A stretch of 64,000 nucleotides of DNA from NCBI GenBank assembly GCA_963736855.1, contig CAVTQK010000015.1, positions 96,001 to 160,000 on the forward strand. The letters run 5' to 3'. Made by a program: the position numbers and the translations under genes. The notes beneath the pieces were generated by a model that worked only from the letters and a program-made list of their open reading frames with translations, did no database searches and was not told the DNA's origin. This DNA is from an uncultured delta proteobacterium. GTDB lineage: Bacteria; Desulfobacterota; Desulfobacteria; Desulfobacterales; UBA2156. Of the stretch, positions 62,045 through 64,000 are shown piece by piece; positions within the stretch are counted from its first letter, which is position 1; each line of letters begins with the position of its first letter.

Positions 62045-62779
62045 ATGGATGCAAAGATGGTTACCATTGCTATGGATGAATGCTTTCGATTCTCCTGTGG
62101 AAAGGGGATATCATGTTTCGGCGTCTGTTGTCGGGATCTCAATCAGTTTCTGACGCCGTATGACATCCTCAAGATCAAAAACAGACTGAATCTTTCCTCA
62201 ACCCAATTTCTCAAGCGCTATACCCTGAGCCACACCGGTCAACGGTCCGGACTTCCGGTCATCATCTTTCGCTTCAACGATCATCCGGATTCGACCTGTC
62301 CTTTTCTATCTCCTTCCGGGTGTAGTATCTATGAAGATCGCCCCACGGCCTGCCGATTGTATCCGATTGCCAGGGCCGTTTCAAGGGATCGGGAAACGGG
62401 TGCGATATCGGCTAATTTTGCCCTCATTCAGGAACCTTTTTGCAGGGGGTTTGAAGGCAAAGGGGAGCAGAAGGTGCAGGAATGGATCGAAGACCAGGAT
62501 CTTGAACCTTACATCCGTATGAACGATCTCCTTCTGGATTTGATCGCCATCAAAAACCGAGTCCGGCCCGGTCCGCTGACGGTGGAGCAACGGCACTTCT
62601 TTCACCTGGCATTATATGACCTGGATCGCTTCCGGGTCGAAGCGGGAAAGGGGCTGCTTGAAGGGTTTTTAAAGAAAAAAGAAGCTGAAGACGCGGCCTT
62701 GATGGACGACACGGCTATATTGGAGTTGGGGCATCGATGGATGGCACATGTTTTAGCGGCACATTTTAACGAGGATTGA
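62045..62779 (+). CDS. YkgJ-family cysteine-cluster protein
   Basis: F.F.C.....CF..CC, LTPYD, CPFL...GC.IY.DRP.ACR.YP; start approximate. Confidence 0.85.
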   Translation: MDAKMVTIAMDECFRFSCGKGISCFGVCCRDLNQFLTPYDILKIKNRLNLSSTQFLKRYTLSHTGQRSGLPVIIFRFNDHPDSTCPFLSPSGCSIYEDRPTACRLYPIARAVSRDRETGAISANFALIQEPFCRGFEGKGEQKVQEWIEDQDLEPYIRMNDLLLDLIAIKNRVRPGPLTVEQRHFFHLALYDLDRFRVEAGKGLLEGFLKKKEAEDAALMDDTAILELGHRWMAHVLAAHFNED

Positions 62780-62783
62780 TTCG

Positions 62784-63599
62784 ATGGAAATCGATGGTAA
62801 GGTCGCTTTGGTACTGGGATCGATCAGGGGAATCGGAAAAGGAGTTGCCGTCGCCCTTGCTCAAAAAGGGGCGAAGATTGCCGCAACTTATTGGGACTGG
62901 GAGGAGCATCTGGAGGTTCTGAGGCAAAGTTTGGAGACCATAGGGGCAGAACCTCTCATTCTCAAAGTGGACTTACTTCAAACAGAAAAGATCGCCTCTA
63001 CGGTGGAGAAGGTGGCAAATCAATTCGGAAGGATCGATATTCTCATTAATAACATCGAGCGGGGCGGATGGCCCATCGTCCATGGCCCCTATATTCAGGA
63101 CCAGTGGGATCTGGAGCTTGCCACCACACTCAGGGCCAAATGGTGGGTTTTCAATGAAGCGCTTCCCTATCTAAAGGCCTCTGGTGAAGGTATTGTCGTG
63201 AACCTGTCATCTATAGCCGGCGTCGTGGGAAGGTGCGGACCGGCCGCCCCGGTCTTCAACGATGGGTACGCCTCTGCCAATCGAGGGGTTTCGCTTTTAA
63301 CCGAGACCTGGGCGCGTATGGGGGCTCCTGAAGTGCGCGTCAATGAAATTATGTTGGGATTCGTGGAAACCCGCCATGGAGAAGGGACCCGTGGGTGGGC
63401 CCTCCTGTCGGACGCCCAGAAAGCGGCGATTCTCGACCATACGCTACTTTGTAGAATCGGCACTATCGAAGACGTGGTCAAAGCGGTCTGTTTTCTGGTG
63501 GAGGATGCATCCTTTATGACCGGGAGCGTCCTTCGCCTGGACGGGGGATACATATTGGGAGGCGAGTCGGTTTCTCCCATGCCTCCGGGTGTTCTGTAG
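62784..63599 (+). CDS. SDR-family oxidoreductase (atypical motifs)
   Basis: GSIRGIG, GRIDILINN, NLSS, YASAN (lacks YxxxK), TGSVL.LDGG. Confidence 0.85.
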   Translation: MEIDGKVALVLGSIRGIGKGVAVALAQKGAKIAATYWDWEEHLEVLRQSLETIGAEPLILKVDLLQTEKIASTVEKVANQFGRIDILINNIERGGWPIVHGPYIQDQWDLELATTLRAKWWVFNEALPYLKASGEGIVVNLSSIAGVVGRCGPAAPVFNDGYASANRGVSLLTETWARMGAPEVRVNEIMLGFVETRHGEGTRGWALLSDAQKAAILDHTLLCRIGTIEDVVKAVCFLVEDASFMTGSVLRLDGGYILGGESVSPMPPGVL

Positions 63600-63643
63600 A
63601 AACTGAGTATCGGGGTTTTCCAAACAGAACGGATTCGGGTTAC

Positions 63644-64000
63644 CTATTTGAGGTTGGAGCCCGGTATACCCCACAACAGATATTTCACCCACTCAAACCC
63701 GAACTTCAGCAATTCCGTGTCATCGTCTTGGATCCGGTCAGCAACGGCGGGCGCGATGGGGTATCGTTTTAAAAAAGAGCTTTCGAAGACAAAATCGTGA
63801 AACCGGTCGATGTTGTAGGTCGCCATGAAGACCATCTTTCCCTTGGGGCTCGATAGACCGGCTTTCCCCCAGGGGTCTTGCTGGAAGAGGCGCTTCAGCT
63901 CACTCCAAAGAATAGTCATCTCGTTGTAGAGCCGCGCACCCTGGTCGTGAGACCAGCCGTCGGGGGTCCAGGAAGCTTTTTCAAATTGCCCCATGCAGAA
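63644..64000 (-). CDS. 3' part of a CDS resembling the C-terminus of YkgJ-family proteins (runs off the window)
   Basis: W..DQG...YN.M, MVFMATYNIDRF..F, ELLKFGFEW parallels the C-terminus of 62045-62779. Confidence 0.6.
   Translation of the reverse strand, partial: FCMGQFEKASWTPDGWSHDQGARLYNEMTILWSELKRLFQQDPWGKAGLSSPKGKMVFMATYNIDRFHDFVFESSFLKRYPIAPAVADRIQDDDTELLKFGFEWVKYLLWGIPGSNLK

Overview
A 64-kb chromosomal segment from a sulfate-reducing deltaproteobacterium (Desulfobacterales-like, inferred from gene content). Core content: tmcDCBA with two signalling genes, putA, selD (selenocysteine-recoded)-yedF, pgi, class III RNR (nrdD/nrdG), proC, yggT-divIVA-pilT-pilU, pyrF, selA, gmhA, hemC-cobA/hemD, sat and aprBA-qmoABC (aprA has a 1-bp frameshift, probably a sequencing error). 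The most unusual part is an AT-rich, IS-bounded insert at ~47.75-52.4 kb carrying a RiPP-like cassette: a PqqD/RRE domain fused to an HPr-kinase-like P-loop enzyme, a nucleotidyltransferase, and a small Ser-rich precursor-like peptide whose 3' end has been replaced by an IS3 terminus. No lasso cyclase or peptidase is present. Also seen: two families of intergenic hairpin elements sharing the same terminal inverted repeats (6 copies), a 37-aa Lys/Thr-rich microprotein missing from the ORF track, and a terminator-containing leader ahead of a cold-shock gene. No rRNA, tRNA or CRISPR array was recognised. All product calls come from motif recognition by eye; no database searches were run.
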